DNA of 64,000 bases from Candidatus Latescibacterota bacterium (GCA_965223905.1 CBDCXV010000009.1:128001-192000), one strand, 5' to 3'. Shown: positions 1-10,593, numbered from the stretch's first letter. Program-made: numbers and translations. The notes: generated from the letters alone by a model not told the origin.

Positions 1-2
1 CC

Positions 3-89
3 GCGGGGGAGGCGCTGCCGCCCGAGTTCGCCCGCCCCGAGGTGGCCGCGATCCTGGCCGACTACTACCAGCGGGAGCAGACCGGCTGA
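3..89 (+). CDS. sat: Sulfate adenylyltransferase, C-terminal fragment (gene runs in from left edge)
   Basis: Frame starting at 3 reads AGEALPPEFARPEVAAILADYYQREQTG*, matching the typical ATP sulfurylase C-terminal 'PPEF(S/A)RPEVA.IL' motif. Confidence 0.7.
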   Translation, partial: AGEALPPEFARPEVAAILADYYQREQTG

Positions 90-111
90 GAGCCGTCCGC
101 GGCGGAAGCGG

Positions 112-1119
112 CTACGGCCTCTTCACGGCGCTGTCCCGGCGCTCGTGCATGTTCTTCTCCATCGCCTCCGGGTAGCGGTCGGGCAGGTGGGAGACCGCGT
201 CGAGCCTGGCTTTCGCCCCGGCGTCGAGAGACCAGCCGGAGGCCCGCACGTTGTCGGCGAACTGCTCGAGGGTGCGCGCCCCGGCGATGACGGAGGTGAC
301 GGCCGGCTGCTCGAGGACCCAGCGCAGCGCCGCCTGTGAGGGCGTCCTGCCGACCTCGGCGGCGACATCGAGCAGGCACTGCAGCGACTCGTCGGCGTTG
401 GCGGCGAAGAAGTCCTCCGGATAGGCCCAGCCCTCCTCGGACCGGGTGCCCCGCAGGGTGCGCTCCCCCGGGCGGTACTTCCCCGACAGAAACCCGCCTC
501 CCAGCGGGCTCCAGACCACCACCCCGAGCCCCTTGTGCAGGCAGAGCGGAATCAGCTCCTGCTCGATGTCGCGGACCACGAGGCTGTACTGGGGCTGGAA
601 GCAGTCAAAGCGGGCCCAGCCGTTGGCGTCGCTGATCCAGAGAGCTTCACACAGGCGCCAGGCCTGGTAGTTGCTGCAGGCGGTGTAGCGGACCTTGCCC
701 TGGTGCACGAGATCGTCGAGGGTGCGCAGCATCTCTTCGAGGGGGGTCTGCGTGTCGACGTGGTGGATGTAGTAGAGATCGACGTAGTCCATGCGCAGGC
801 GGCGCAGGCTCGCTTCGACAGCCTGCATGATGTGTAGCCGCGACATCCCCGAATCGTTGGGGCCGCTTCCCATCGGGTTGAAGAACTTGGTCGCCACCAC
901 GGCGTCGTCGCGGCGCCCCTCGAGGGCCTTGCCGAGCAGCACCTCCGATTCCCCCTCCCCGTAGGAGTTGGCGGTGTCGAAGAAGTTGACCCCGGCGTCG
1001 ATGGCGGCGTCGACGATCCGCCTCGACTCCCCCTCGCCGGTGCCGTGCCCGAAGGTCATGGTGCCGAGGCAGATCTCCGACACCTTCAGGCCGGTGCGCC
1101 CCATTCTCCTGTATTCCAT
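112..1119 (-). CDS. Aldo/keto reductase
   Basis: MEYRRMGRTGLKVSEICLGTM, FFDTANSYG, ATK, YVDLYYIH, WSPLGGG motifs. Confidence 0.93.
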   Translation of the reverse strand: MEYRRMGRTGLKVSEICLGTMTFGHGTGEGESRRIVDAAIDAGVNFFDTANSYGEGESEVLLGKALEGRRDDAVVATKFFNPMGSGPNDSGMSRLHIMQAVEASLRRLRMDYVDLYYIHHVDTQTPLEEMLRTLDDLVHQGKVRYTACSNYQAWRLCEALWISDANGWARFDCFQPQYSLVVRDIEQELIPLCLHKGLGVVVWSPLGGGFLSGKYRPGERTLRGTRSEEGWAYPEDFFAANADESLQCLLDVAAEVGRTPSQAALRWVLEQPAVTSVIAGARTLEQFADNVRASGWSLDAGAKARLDAVSHLPDRYPEAMEKNMHERRDSAVKRP

Positions 1120-1153
1120 CGCCGAGTCTCCTTTGGGGTTGCTTCCCTGATTG

Positions 1154-2218
1154 TCAGCCGCGGTACCGGGCCTCGTCCCCAGGTTCCGAGGCGATGTCCG
1201 CGAGGTCGACGCCGAGGGTGCGCCCGCACTCCTCCAGCTCGGCCCAGGTAGGCTGCGGAATCTCGATGCCGGCGCGCAGGCGCTCGCCGCGGCTGCGGTG
1301 CTCGTAGTCTCCGGGCACGATCACCTCGTCGAAGCCGGGGGCCGGCGACGTCGCCTTGACGCGGTCGAGGAAAGCCCGCGCCGCCTCCCGGTAGGGGGCC
1401 AGCGGCGTCAGGCCGTCGACGTTCATCACCAGCATGACGTGGCCGACGATGCGCCCGTCGCCCGCCTCGTGATCTCCCGACAGCCCGCACAGCAGCCCCA
1501 CGAGCAGCGACAGGGCGTATCCCTTGTGGCCGCCGAAGCCGAGCAGGTTTCCGCCGTCGAAGTAGGCTTCCGGGTCGACGCTTGGATTCCCGTCCCGGTC
1601 GACGATGCAGCCGGAAGGCAGGGGCAGGCCGCGGCTGCGGGCGAGCAGGGCCTTGCTGATGGCGATCCCGCTGGTGGCGTAGTCGAGAACGAAGGGAGGG
1701 CCGTCCGCGGTGGGAATCCCCGCGGCGATCGGGTTGGTCCCCAAAGCCCCTTCCGCGCCCCCGTAGGGAAGCGTGCACGATCCGCTGCCGCCGTAGAGGA
1801 CGATGCCGATGAACCCCTCCCGGGCCGCCATCTCCGCGTACTCCCCGAGGCGCCCCATGTGCTGGATGCGGCGGAAGCTGGCGCGGCAGATCTCGTTTTC
1901 CGCGGCCTTCTCGAGCAGCCTACTCATGCCCCAGTGGGCGGCGTAGTGCCCGTGCCCATCGCGGCCGTCGATGACGAGACTGGCCGCCGTCTCCCTGACG
2001 ACCACCGGCTCGGCCGCGGCATCGAGCTGTGCGTCCGCAATCGATTTCAGGTACCTCGGCAGGTGGAGGACCCCGTGGGAATCGTGGCCGGCGAGGTTGG
2101 AGTTCACGAGCACCTCGGCGACTACGTCGGCGATGTGCCTCGGCGTGGCCGCGGACATCAGCAGACGGCGGATGAGGGCGTGAAGCCTTGGCGCCGACAG
2201 TCTTTTCGAGGGGGACAT
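1154..2218 (-). CDS. Ldh_2-family (malate/L-lactate/ureidoglycolate-type) oxidoreductase
   Basis: GHDSHG, HMGRLGEYA, GTNPIA, GGHKGYAL motifs. Confidence 0.9.
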   Translation of the reverse strand: MSPSKRLSAPRLHALIRRLLMSAATPRHIADVVAEVLVNSNLAGHDSHGVLHLPRYLKSIADAQLDAAAEPVVVRETAASLVIDGRDGHGHYAAHWGMSRLLEKAAENEICRASFRRIQHMGRLGEYAEMAAREGFIGIVLYGGSGSCTLPYGGAEGALGTNPIAAGIPTADGPPFVLDYATSGIAISKALLARSRGLPLPSGCIVDRDGNPSVDPEAYFDGGNLLGFGGHKGYALSLLVGLLCGLSGDHEAGDGRIVGHVMLVMNVDGLTPLAPYREAARAFLDRVKATSPAPGFDEVIVPGDYEHRSRGERLRAGIEIPQPTWAELEECGRTLGVDLADIASEPGDEARYRG

Positions 2219-2442
2219 TCGCTGCGCTCCACCAAGTGTGAAGGCGATAATCTCTTCCCGCGGGGTGCCGTTGCCAAATCATGCCGGCAGGTGGGAAGAC
2301 CTGGCAGGGGGGGATGCAGATGGCCGGTGAGAACCAGCCCGATCACCTTCCACATGGTTTCAACCGCTGCCGTGGAAATAGCTCAGGAGCCTCCAAAAAT
2401 TGACGGGCAGTTTTCCTAGATTTCCCTTAGGTGTATAGGACC

Positions 2443-3804
2443 ATGTCTTTCCATTTGAATACAAACAAGACCTGCGAGCTGCACGTTCACCTCGGGGGCT
2501 GTTTCTACGCCGAGGATCTGATCCGCTTCGGCGGCGATGTCTACCAGGAGGTCGACTGGTCCGGCTTCTGCGACGGGTACGAGCAGGCCTACGGCGAGCG
2601 GCCCGACGCCCCCCGGCTGTATCGCGAAGCCCTGTCGGGATCCCGTAGCGGCGCAGACGCCTTTCGCCGTCATTTCGTGTACACTCCGGCGGACGGCCCG
2701 GACTTTCACCGATTCCTCGCCAAGTTCCAGTTCTTCATATGTCTCGCGCGGCACTTCGCAGCGATCGGCAGAGAGAGCGAGCTGTTCGCCGCGGCCATCG
2801 AGCGCCATCGTTCCGAAGGCCTGGAATACGTCGAATACCGGGCAATGGACAACCGCGGTGTCGGCAACCCGGAGGGCTTCCTCTCCTTTCACCGGGGCAA
2901 CGCCGAGATCATCCGCCTGGCTTCGGACCGCGGGTTCACCGCCCGCTACGTGATCTCGCTGCCGCGCTGGGAGCCGATGGAAGCCTATGCGCTGGTGCAG
3001 CGGCTCCTCGACGGATCTCCCGAGTTGATCGAAACAGTGGTCGGCCTCGACTTCTGCCACGTCGAGGAGGGGTTCCCGCCGAAGCTCGTCCGTCCCCTGT
3101 TCGACCAGGTGGCTGCCGACAACAGGGAACGTCCCGGGCGCGCCCTCGAGATCGTTTACCACGTCGGGGAGTCGTTCTACGACAAGTCGCTGGAGAGCGC
3201 CGTGCGCTGGTGCCACGAGGCCGCGGAACTGGGGGCCCGCCGGCTCGGCCACTGCCTGGCCCTCGGCCTCGATCCGGTGATCGCGGTCGGCCGCAGGGCG
3301 AGTGCCCACGAGGAGGAGCTGGTTTCGGAGCGCCTCGACCAGATCGGCTACGACCTCGCCCACGCCGTGGCCTTGCGCAGGTACGGCGTCGGCGTCGACC
3401 TGCCGGCCCTGGAAAGGGAGAGGTCGGAGCTGCGTCGAAAGGAGGCGGGCGACCTGGTATCGCGACCCTACGACGAGGGCCGGCTGGCCGATATCAGGAA
3501 GCGGCAGAGGTTTGCCCTCGACGCCGTGGCGAAGTCGGGCGCGGTGATCGAAACCTGCCCGACCTCCAACCTCTGTATCGGGGGGGTGCCCGATCCCGCG
3601 GCCCATCCGGTGCGGCGGTTTCTCGAGTCCGAGGTGAACCTCGTTGTTGCCGCCGACGACCCGGGGATCTTCGATTCGCCCCTGGCCGCCGAGGTCGACT
3701 GGGTGTTGCGCCACTCGGAAATGGACGAGGCCGGGCTCGCGGCGCGCCTCGGGGACCCGAGGCGGTTCAGGCTGGGCCGGATGCGCCCGGGGTCGACAGG
3801 TTGA
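2443..3804 (+). CDS. Adenosine/AMP deaminase-superfamily protein with large insertion
   Basis: [30 protein letters not shown] metal-binding/catalytic motifs; ATG at 2443 preceded by AGGA. Confidence 0.8.
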   Translation: MSFHLNTNKTCELHVHLGGCFYAEDLIRFGGDVYQEVDWSGFCDGYEQAYGERPDAPRLYREALSGSRSGADAFRRHFVYTPADGPDFHRFLAKFQFFICLARHFAAIGRESELFAAAIERHRSEGLEYVEYRAMDNRGVGNPEGFLSFHRGNAEIIRLASDRGFTARYVISLPRWEPMEAYALVQRLLDGSPELIETVVGLDFCHVEEGFPPKLVRPLFDQVAADNRERPGRALEIVYHVGESFYDKSLESAVRWCHEAAELGARRLGHCLALGLDPVIAVGRRASAHEEELVSERLDQIGYDLAHAVALRRYGVGVDLPALERERSELRRKEAGDLVSRPYDEGRLADIRKRQRFALDAVAKSGAVIETCPTSNLCIGGVPDPAAHPVRRFLESEVNLVVAADDPGIFDSPLAAEVDWVLRHSEMDEAGLAARLGDPRRFRLGRMRPGSTG

Positions 3805-4384
3805 TCGCGCCGCCGGCGATTCTCCGCAGAGTATCGGTGAACAGCAGGTGCTCCCGTTTCAGGACGCGCGCCGCCAGGGTTTCCGGGGTGTCCCCGGGGA
3901 GCACCGGGACCCTGGCCTGGGCGAGGACGGGGCCGTGGTCGTAGAGCTCGTCGACCAGGTGCACGGTGGCGCCGCTCTCGGTGTCCCCGGAAGCGAGCAC
4001 CGCCTCGTGCACTGCCCTGCCGTAGAACCCGCGCCCCCCGTATCTCGGCAGTAGCGCGGGGTGGATGTTGAGGACGCGGCCCTCGAAGGCCCGCAGCGTG
4101 CGCGGCCCGAGCAGCTTCATGTACCCGGCCAGGCAGAGAATCCCGGCGCCGCAGTTGCTCAGCACCGAGGCGACGGCGGCGTCGAGTGCGTCCGGGTCGG
4201 GGTGGGTGCGGCTGCTCAGGTGAAACGCGGGGATCCCCTGGCGGCGTGCCCGCTCCAGCGCCTGCGAGCGAGAGTTGTTGCCGACCACCGCCACCGGCTC
4301 CGCAGGAAGGCGCCCGTCCCTGCAGGCGTCGACGATCGCCTGCATGTTGGTGCCGCTGCCTGAGGCCAGGAATCCGAGCTTCAT
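3767..4384 (-). CDS. purN: Phosphoribosylglycinamide formyltransferase
   Basis: [32 protein letters not shown] motifs; 3' end overlaps the convergent deaminase by 38 bp. Confidence 0.95.
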   Translation of the reverse strand: MKLGFLASGSGTNMQAIVDACRDGRLPAEPVAVVGNNSRSQALERARRQGIPAFHLSSRTHPDPDALDAAVASVLSNCGAGILCLAGYMKLLGPRTLRAFEGRVLNIHPALLPRYGGRGFYGRAVHEAVLASGDTESGATVHLVDELYDHGPVLAQARVPVLPGDTPETLAARVLKREHLLFTDTLRRIAGGAINLSTPGASGPA

Positions 4385-4420
4385 GCGCGCTATTGCAGAG
4401 GCGACTCGCGCTCCGTCCGG

Positions 4421-4771
4421 TCAGAGTATCTCGAGCACCTGCTGAGGCGGCCGCCCCAGGCGGGCGCGGTCCCCGGCGACGACTATCGGGCGCTCGATCA
4501 GGATCGGGTGGGCGGCCATCGCCCCGACCAGCGCCTCGCGGTTGTCGAGCTTGCCGGCGAGGCCGAGGTTCTCGTACTCCTTCTCTTTCGAGCGCAGCAG
4601 GTCCGCGGGCTCGATCTCCAGGAGGCGGAGCAGGCGGTCGAGGGTCTCCTGGTCGGGGGGCGATTTCAGGTACTCGACGACCGTCGGCTCGAGGCCGCGC
4701 TGGCGCAGCAGCCCCAGCGTCTCGCGGCTCTTGCTGCATTGCGGGTTGTGGTAGATGGTGACGTCCGGCAT
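4421..4771 (-). CDS. arsC: Arsenate reductase (glutaredoxin-dependent ArsC family)
   Basis: TIYHNPQCSKSR, PILIERPIV, RLGRPP; start set at MPDVTIY (ATG 4771). Confidence 0.88.
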   Translation of the reverse strand: MPDVTIYHNPQCSKSRETLGLLRQRGLEPTVVEYLKSPPDQETLDRLLRLLEIEPADLLRSKEKEYENLGLAGKLDNREALVGAMAAHPILIERPIVVAGDRARLGRPPQQVLEIL

Positions 4772-4866
4772 GTTCCCTCGCGGTGCTATTGAAGTTTGAC
4801 AGGCGAAGCGGTTTGCGGTAATAAACCGCGTCCCTGACTCAAATGATTCTGTCGAAAGGTCGATCC

Positions 4867-5829
4867 ATGTCATTCAAATTCGTGCTTCTACCCCCTTCCG
4901 GCGACTTCCGCATGGCCGCCAGAATCGAGACGGCCGTTCCCGAAGCGAACGTCGTCGTCTGCGAGGACCGCGCCCAGGCGCTCGAGGAGCTGGCCGATGC
5001 GCCGGCGGCGTTCGGAACCCTGGATCCCGAGCTGCTGGCCGCAACTCATGGCCTGAAGTGGCTGGCGGCGCCGGCTGCCGGCCCCAACCCGAGCTTCTAC
5101 TTTCCCGAGCTGGTCGCCAGCGACGTCGTAGTCACCAACATGCGCGGCATCTACTCCGACCACATAGGCGTCCACATCATGGCTTTCGTGCTGGCGTTCG
5201 CCCGCCACCTGCACGTCTACCTGCCGGCGCAGCAGCGGGGTGAATGGGGTCCCGGTGGAGAAGGGGGTACGTCCATTCACCTGCCCGGCGCCACCGCGGT
5301 CATCATCGGGGTCGGCGGCATCGGTTCCGAAGCGGCCCGCCACTGCGCCCACTTCGGCATGCACGTGGTCGGCATCGATCCGCGAGTTCCGTCCGCGCCC
5401 GAGGGGGTCCAGGAGCTGTACACCCCGGAGGTGCTCGACGAGCAGCTCGGCCGCGGGGATTTCGTCATCATGACGGCACCGCAGACGCCGCAGATGGAGC
5501 GGCTCATCGACGGGAAGCGGCTCGCGCACATGAAGACGAGCGGCATTCTCATCAACATAGGACGGGGTTCGAACGTCGTCCTCGACGACCTCGCAGACGC
5601 CCTCTACGAGGGGAGGATAGGAGGGGCGGCGCTGGACGTCTTCGAGATCGAGCCGCTGCCGCCGGGCCACAGGCTGTGGAAGGCGCCGAATTTCCTGATG
5701 ACTCCGCACACCGCGGGGTCCGGGCCCTACCTGGAGGAGCGCCGCCTCCAGCTGCAGGTCGAGAACTGCCGCCGCTTCGCCCGCGGCGAGGAGCTGGCCA
5801 ACGTCGTCGACAAGGCGAACTGGTTCTGA
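4867..5829 (+). CDS. D-2-hydroxyacid dehydrogenase family protein
   Basis: GVGGIG Rossmann motif, INIGRG, LDVFEIEP, TPHTAG catalytic R/E/H. Confidence 0.92.
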   Translation: MSFKFVLLPPSGDFRMAARIETAVPEANVVVCEDRAQALEELADAPAAFGTLDPELLAATHGLKWLAAPAAGPNPSFYFPELVASDVVVTNMRGIYSDHIGVHIMAFVLAFARHLHVYLPAQQRGEWGPGGEGGTSIHLPGATAVIIGVGGIGSEAARHCAHFGMHVVGIDPRVPSAPEGVQELYTPEVLDEQLGRGDFVIMTAPQTPQMERLIDGKRLAHMKTSGILINIGRGSNVVLDDLADALYEGRIGGAALDVFEIEPLPPGHRLWKAPNFLMTPHTAGSGPYLEERRLQLQVENCRRFARGEELANVVDKANWF

Positions 5830-5937
5830 GATCTGCCCCGGCTGACGGCAGCATGCCTCACCGGGGTGGTCCGCATTGGAGAGACGAGGAGGCCGCGACG
5901 GGGCCGCGAGGAAGATCCGCGGCGAGCCGGGGATCGG

Positions 5938-6087
5938 CTGACCGAATCACGCGGCCTGGTGGCGAGCGAAGGCAACGCTTGGGAGACGGGATTGAGGGAA
6001 GAATCGCACAGATGAACGGGGTTGGATTGAACCGCGGTTTTTTCCTCGAGATGCAGCCGCGGCCGAATTCACGCGGAATTGCGCGCG
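5938..6087 (+). repeat. Dispersed degenerate intergenic repeat, copy 1
   Basis: Shares GGCGAGCGAAG...CGGGATTGAGGG...AATCGCACAGATGAAC...TCGAGATGCAGC...ATTCACG..ATTGCGCGCG with 10699-10820. Confidence 0.75.
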
Positions 6088-6117
6088 GGCACCAGGGGGC
6101 AGGTACCGTCAGGATGA

Positions 6118-6774
6118 TCAGGGGAGGCGCAGGGAGGAGCCTTTCACCGGCAGGCTTCCGATTATCAGCAGCCAGCCGTGCGCCTTCGGTTTCTTGACCG
6201 ACCACTCCTTGATCTCGCCGCCGAGCTTCTTCTCGGCCCTCTCGCATACCTCGTCGAACGGAGGCCTCCCCGGGTCGGCGATGATCACCTGCTGCACCCC
6301 GGCCTTCAACGCCTTGCGAATCACCTTGTAGAGCGGGTCGATCAGCTCGTCCCAGAAGCAGATCTCGACGCCGATCATCAGGTCGTACCCTTCCATCTGC
6401 TTTTTGGTGAGGTTCTCGAAGCGCGATCTCCGGTGCGACAGGTCGACGCCGTTGATCTCGGCGTGGAGGTGCATGTAGGGGAAGACGTTGGGATCGGCGT
6501 CGACGCCGGTGACGCTGGCGCCGAACTCCCTGGCGCAGAAGATGCCGGCCAGCCCCCAGCCGCAGCCTAGCTCCATCACCTTCGCCTGCTGCGGCAGGCC
6601 CTGGCGCTGCAGGTAGTCCATAACCAGGAAGCTGGTCTTCCAGAACCGGTCCCCGTGGATTTCCGGCTCGTTCTCCTTGCCCAGGGCCCGCACCCGGGGG
6701 TGGGATTTCTTGAGGATCGTGAGACCGAAGGCGGACCGCTCCGTGCTCTTGGCCGCCTTCTTCTTCTTGCCCAT
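6118..6774 (-). CDS. Class I SAM-dependent methyltransferase (Methyltransf_16-like)
   Basis: HGDRFWKTS, VMELGCGWGLAG SAM-binding motif, GVDAD, IADPGR. Confidence 0.85.
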   Translation of the reverse strand: MGKKKKAAKSTERSAFGLTILKKSHPRVRALGKENEPEIHGDRFWKTSFLVMDYLQRQGLPQQAKVMELGCGWGLAGIFCAREFGASVTGVDADPNVFPYMHLHAEINGVDLSHRRSRFENLTKKQMEGYDLMIGVEICFWDELIDPLYKVIRKALKAGVQQVIIADPGRPPFDEVCERAEKKLGGEIKEWSVKKPKAHGWLLIIGSLPVKGSSLRLP

Positions 6775-6918
6775 GGGAAAACAGGGGGGATGGATTAGAT
6801 TAAACGATTTGCCGCTATTGCCTGGAACGCCTGTCGCAGGCCGCAGAAACTACGAAACCATCCCCTTCCTGCAAGAAAGCGGCTGCCCCCCCGAACAAGG
6901 CGTTCAAGGGCCAGACCG

Positions 6919-8328
6919 TTGATCAACTACCTTGTCGAGCGCTGGCGCGCCGACGGCGGCTACCGCGAGTTCCTCGTCATAGCGTTTCCGCTGGTTCTCA
7001 GCACCGCGGCCTGGAGTGTCCAGCACTTCGTCGACCGCATGTTCCTGACCTGGTACTCGACGGAGGCCATGGCTGCCGCGCTGCCCGGCGGTATGACGAA
7101 CTTCGTCTTCGCCAGCTTTTTCATCGGCATCGCGTCGTACGTCAACACCTTCGTCGCCCAGTACAACGGCGCCGGACGGCGCCGGCGCGTCGGTCCGGCG
7201 CTCTGGCAGGGCGGGTACCTCGCCCTCATCAGCGCTGTCGCGGCCTGCATCCTCATCCTCCTGGCCCAACCGATCTTCGACCTCATCGGCCACGAGCCGT
7301 CGATCCGCGAACGGGAGGTGACCTACTTCAGCATCCTCTGTTTCGGGCATCCGCCGCTGATCCTGTCGACCGCCCTGTCCTGTTTCTACAGCGGCCGCGG
7401 CAGGACCTGGATGGTGTTCAACGTCAACGTCGCCGCGACCGCGGTTAACATCGTTCTCGACTACGGCCTGATCTTCGGCAAGTGGGGCCTGCCGGCCTGG
7501 GGGATTCGCGGCGCCGCCTGGGCGACCAATCTCGCCGAGGTGTTCGCCGCCCTGGTTTTCTGCGCACTGCTGTTGCAGTCGAGGTACCGGCGCGAGTTCG
7601 CTACCCTTTCCGGCTGGCGTTTCGACCGCGAGCTGTTCGGCCGCCTGCTGCGGTTCGGCGGCCCCAACGGCGTCAACTTCATGTTCGACATGATGTCGTT
7701 CTCGCTCTTCATCCTCATCGTGGGCCGCGCCGGGATTCTCGAGCTCACCGCGACGAACCTCGCCTTCAACATCAATGCCCTGGCTTTCATGCCTCTCATC
7801 GGCGCCGGCATCGCCGTGTCGACGATGGTGGGACAGCGGCTCGGACAGAACCGGCCGGAAGCCGCGGCCTATGCAACCTGGTCCGGCCTTCACCTCGCCC
7901 AGCTGTACATGGGAAGCATGGCGCTCGCCTATTTCCTGGTCCCGCAGTGGTTCCTGATGCCGTACGGCCTCGGGGCGTCCGGCGAGGACTTCGAGGCCGC
8001 CAGGGAGATGGCGCTTCTGCTGCTCAACATCGTCGCCCTGTACTGCCTTTTCGACGCCGGCTACATAATTTTCACCGCGGCTCTCAAAGGGGCCGGCGAC
8101 ACCCGCTTCATCCTGTTCGCCGCTCTCGCCGCGGGCTGGTTCGTCATGCTCATACCGGCGTACGCGGCGCACGCCCTTTTCGATGCCAACCTGTACGTCC
8201 TGTGGGGCTTCCTGTGCGCCTACATCATCACCGCGTCGGGCATCTTCTACTGGCGCTTCCGGCAGGGAAAGTGGATGCAGATGCGGGTCATCGAGGAGGA
8301 GCCGCTTACCGGGGCGGCAGGAGGATGA
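6919..8328 (+). CDS. MATE family efflux transporter
   Basis: About 12 hydrophobic segments; IAFPLVLS, FVDRMFL, VAQYNGAG, GIRGAAWAT, VGQRLG, LKGAGDT. Confidence 0.92.
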   Translation: MINYLVERWRADGGYREFLVIAFPLVLSTAAWSVQHFVDRMFLTWYSTEAMAAALPGGMTNFVFASFFIGIASYVNTFVAQYNGAGRRRRVGPALWQGGYLALISAVAACILILLAQPIFDLIGHEPSIREREVTYFSILCFGHPPLILSTALSCFYSGRGRTWMVFNVNVAATAVNIVLDYGLIFGKWGLPAWGIRGAAWATNLAEVFAALVFCALLLQSRYRREFATLSGWRFDRELFGRLLRFGGPNGVNFMFDMMSFSLFILIVGRAGILELTATNLAFNINALAFMPLIGAGIAVSTMVGQRLGQNRPEAAAYATWSGLHLAQLYMGSMALAYFLVPQWFLMPYGLGASGEDFEAAREMALLLLNIVALYCLFDAGYIIFTAALKGAGDTRFILFAALAAGWFVMLIPAYAAHALFDANLYVLWGFLCAYIITASGIFYWRFRQGKWMQMRVIEEEPLTGAAGG

Positions 8329-8331
8329 GCC

Positions 8332-9231
8332 ATGGCTGACCTGGTCTGGGGCATCGACCTCGGGGGAACGAAGATCGAGGGCGTGGTGCTGCCCTCCCGC
8401 GACTCGGCCGAGCCGCTGTGCCGCCTGCGCGTGGCGACCGGGGCCGAGGGGGGCTACTCCCAGGTGCGCCGCCGCATCTGCGAGCTGGTCGAGGCGATGA
8501 AGTCGGAGGTCGGCGAGGCCCCCCGGGCCCTGGGCATCGGAACGCCTGGGGTCCTCGATCCGGAAACCGGGCGGATCAAGAACAGCAACACCACCTGCCT
8601 GATCGGCGAGCCGCTGCGCGCCGACCTGGAAAAGGAACTCAGCCTCGATGTCGTCCTCGCCAACGACGCCAACTGCTTTGCCCTCGCCGAGGCGAACCTT
8701 GGAGCCGGCAGGGGGGCGGAGACGGTTTTCGGCGTCATCATGGGGACCGGTGTCGGCGGAGGCGTCGTGGTCGACGGCCGCGTCCTCTACGGCTGCCAGG
8801 GAATCGCCGGGGAGTGGGGGCACAACCTCCTCGACGCCTCCGGGCAGGACTGCTACTGCGGCCGCCGCGGCTGTGTCGAGACCTTCCTGTCGGGGCCGCA
8901 CCTCGAGCGCTTCTACGAGCAGGCGGCCGGGCGCCGCCGCACCCTGGCCGAAATCGTCGATCTCCATCGGATGAACTCGGACCGGAACGCCTCGGCCACG
9001 GTCGAGCGCCTGCTCGATTACTTCGGCAGGGCGCTGGCGGTGGTCGTCAACCTCCTCGACCCCCACGCCGTCGTTCTGGGGGGAGGCGTCAGCAACGTCG
9101 ATCTGCTCTACAGCGAGGGTCCCGGCCGGCTGGCGCAGTGGATGTTCAACGACCGCTGCGAGACGCGGATTGTCCGCAACCAGCTCGGGGACAGCGCCGG
9201 GGTTTTCGGCGCCGCCATGCTGGTTGCCTGA
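8332..9231 (+). CDS. ROK family sugar kinase (fructokinase/Mak-like)
   Basis: GIDLGGTK, NDANCFALAE, GTGVGGG, GEWGH, CYCGRRGCVE. Confidence 0.93.
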   Translation: MADLVWGIDLGGTKIEGVVLPSRDSAEPLCRLRVATGAEGGYSQVRRRICELVEAMKSEVGEAPRALGIGTPGVLDPETGRIKNSNTTCLIGEPLRADLEKELSLDVVLANDANCFALAEANLGAGRGAETVFGVIMGTGVGGGVVVDGRVLYGCQGIAGEWGHNLLDASGQDCYCGRRGCVETFLSGPHLERFYEQAAGRRRTLAEIVDLHRMNSDRNASATVERLLDYFGRALAVVVNLLDPHAVVLGGGVSNVDLLYSEGPGRLAQWMFNDRCETRIVRNQLGDSAGVFGAAMLVA

Positions 9232-9241
9232 CTTCCCCGGC

Positions 9242-9949
9242 TCACTGCTGCCGCCGCCGCTTCCACTCCTCGAACTCGGCGAGGGTCTGCTCGTCCGGGG
9301 GGTAGTTGCCGACGATGCTCGCCCCGGAGCGGATGCGCTCGAGAATGAAATCCTCTCTCTCTTCCATCTCCCCCGCTGCCAAGGCCACGGTGTCGGCGAG
9401 ATGCCGCGGGATGACGACCACTCCCTCGCTGTCCCCGACGACGATGTCGCCGGGAAACACGGCGACGCCGCCGCAGGCGATCGGCACCTGGATCTCGCTG
9501 GGATGGTGAACGGTCTTGTTGCTGTGGGCGTTCATCGCCGCGGCGAACGCGGGGATGCCGATTTCGGCGATCGCCGGGGAATCCCTGTAGGCGCCGTCGG
9601 TGACGATGCCGGCCCCGCCCCTGGCGTGGATCCGCGTCGCCAGGATGTTGCCCATGGTACCTGCCGAGGTCTCGCCGCGGGCGTCGATGACGAACACCTC
9701 GCCGGCCGCCAGCTGCTCTATGCCGACGCGCTGCGGGTCGGTCAGGTTGTCGACCTCGCCGGAGTCGAGATCTTCCCGCGCCGGGATGTAGCGCAGCGTG
9801 TACGCCGGCCCGGCCATTTTCATATTGGGCAGTGGTTCGACTCCCTGCATGTAGGTGTTGCCGAGGCCGTGCGCTTTCAGCACAGAGGTCAGGGTGGCGG
9901 TGCTCGGAAGCTGGAGCTTGTCGAGGGTTTGCCGGGATACGGTGGTCAT
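9242..9949 (-). CDS. RraA/HMG-aldolase family protein
   Basis: GPAYTLRYIP, VIDARG, AGIVTDGAYRD, PGDIVVGDSEGVVVIP. Confidence 0.88.
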   Translation of the reverse strand: MTTVSRQTLDKLQLPSTATLTSVLKAHGLGNTYMQGVEPLPNMKMAGPAYTLRYIPAREDLDSGEVDNLTDPQRVGIEQLAAGEVFVIDARGETSAGTMGNILATRIHARGGAGIVTDGAYRDSPAIAEIGIPAFAAAMNAHSNKTVHHPSEIQVPIACGGVAVFPGDIVVGDSEGVVVIPRHLADTVALAAGEMEEREDFILERIRSGASIVGNYPPDEQTLAEFEEWKRRRQQ

Positions 9950-10044
9950 GGAAAGGTCCGTGGGTTGCGGATGAGCGGTGGTGGATGGCCGTACAGTAAT
10001 CCTCTGCCGCGGATCGTCAAACGCGCCGGAGGAGAGCCTGGACC

Positions 10045-10593
10045 ATGCCCCTCGCGGTAGAACCGGAGCGCCCTGTGCTGGCGCTGTGCGCGGTCATGGC
10101 CCGGCGCCCGCTTCTCGACGGCGTCGCCGCGGACCTCGAGAAGGAGGTCGGTCCCCTCGGCCCCCGGGGTCCCGTCTACCGGTTCGACTACACCAGCTAC
10201 TACGAGAGGGAAATGGGCGGGGAGCTCTGCAAGCAGATCCTCGCCTTTGCGGACCTGGTGCCTCCCCACCGACTGGCGCAGCTGAAGGAGCGCACCATGG
10301 AGATAGAGCGCCGCCTGGCGGTGGAAGACGGCAGCGGAGGCCGGCGTCGGTGCGCCAACATCGATCCCGGGCTTCTGTCGGAGGGCTCCCTGGTGCTGGC
10401 GACCGCCAAGTACGGCCGCCATCGCATCGCCGTCGCACCTGGACTGTACGCCGAGATCACCCTGCTATTCGAGCGCGGACGCTACCGCGGGCAGCCGTGG
10501 ACGTACGCCGATTACAGGAGCGAGGAGATGCAGGCTTTCCTGCTCCTGCTGCGGCGGGACCTGCTGGAGCGGAGGCGGCGCGAGAGCCGCTAG
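10045..10593 (+). CDS. DUF4416 family protein
   Basis: TSYYEREMG, NIDPG, LATAK..HRI, YAEITL, WTYADY. Confidence 0.75.
   Translation: MPLAVEPERPVLALCAVMARRPLLDGVAADLEKEVGPLGPRGPVYRFDYTSYYEREMGGELCKQILAFADLVPPHRLAQLKERTMEIERRLAVEDGSGGRRRCANIDPGLLSEGSLVLATAKYGRHRIAVAPGLYAEITLLFERGRYRGQPWTYADYRSEEMQAFLLLLRRDLLERRRRESR

Noticed and set aside
4421-4771. arsC as part of the ArsS system
   Set aside because: It lies 45 kb away in a purN context, and ArsC-family genes are widespread.
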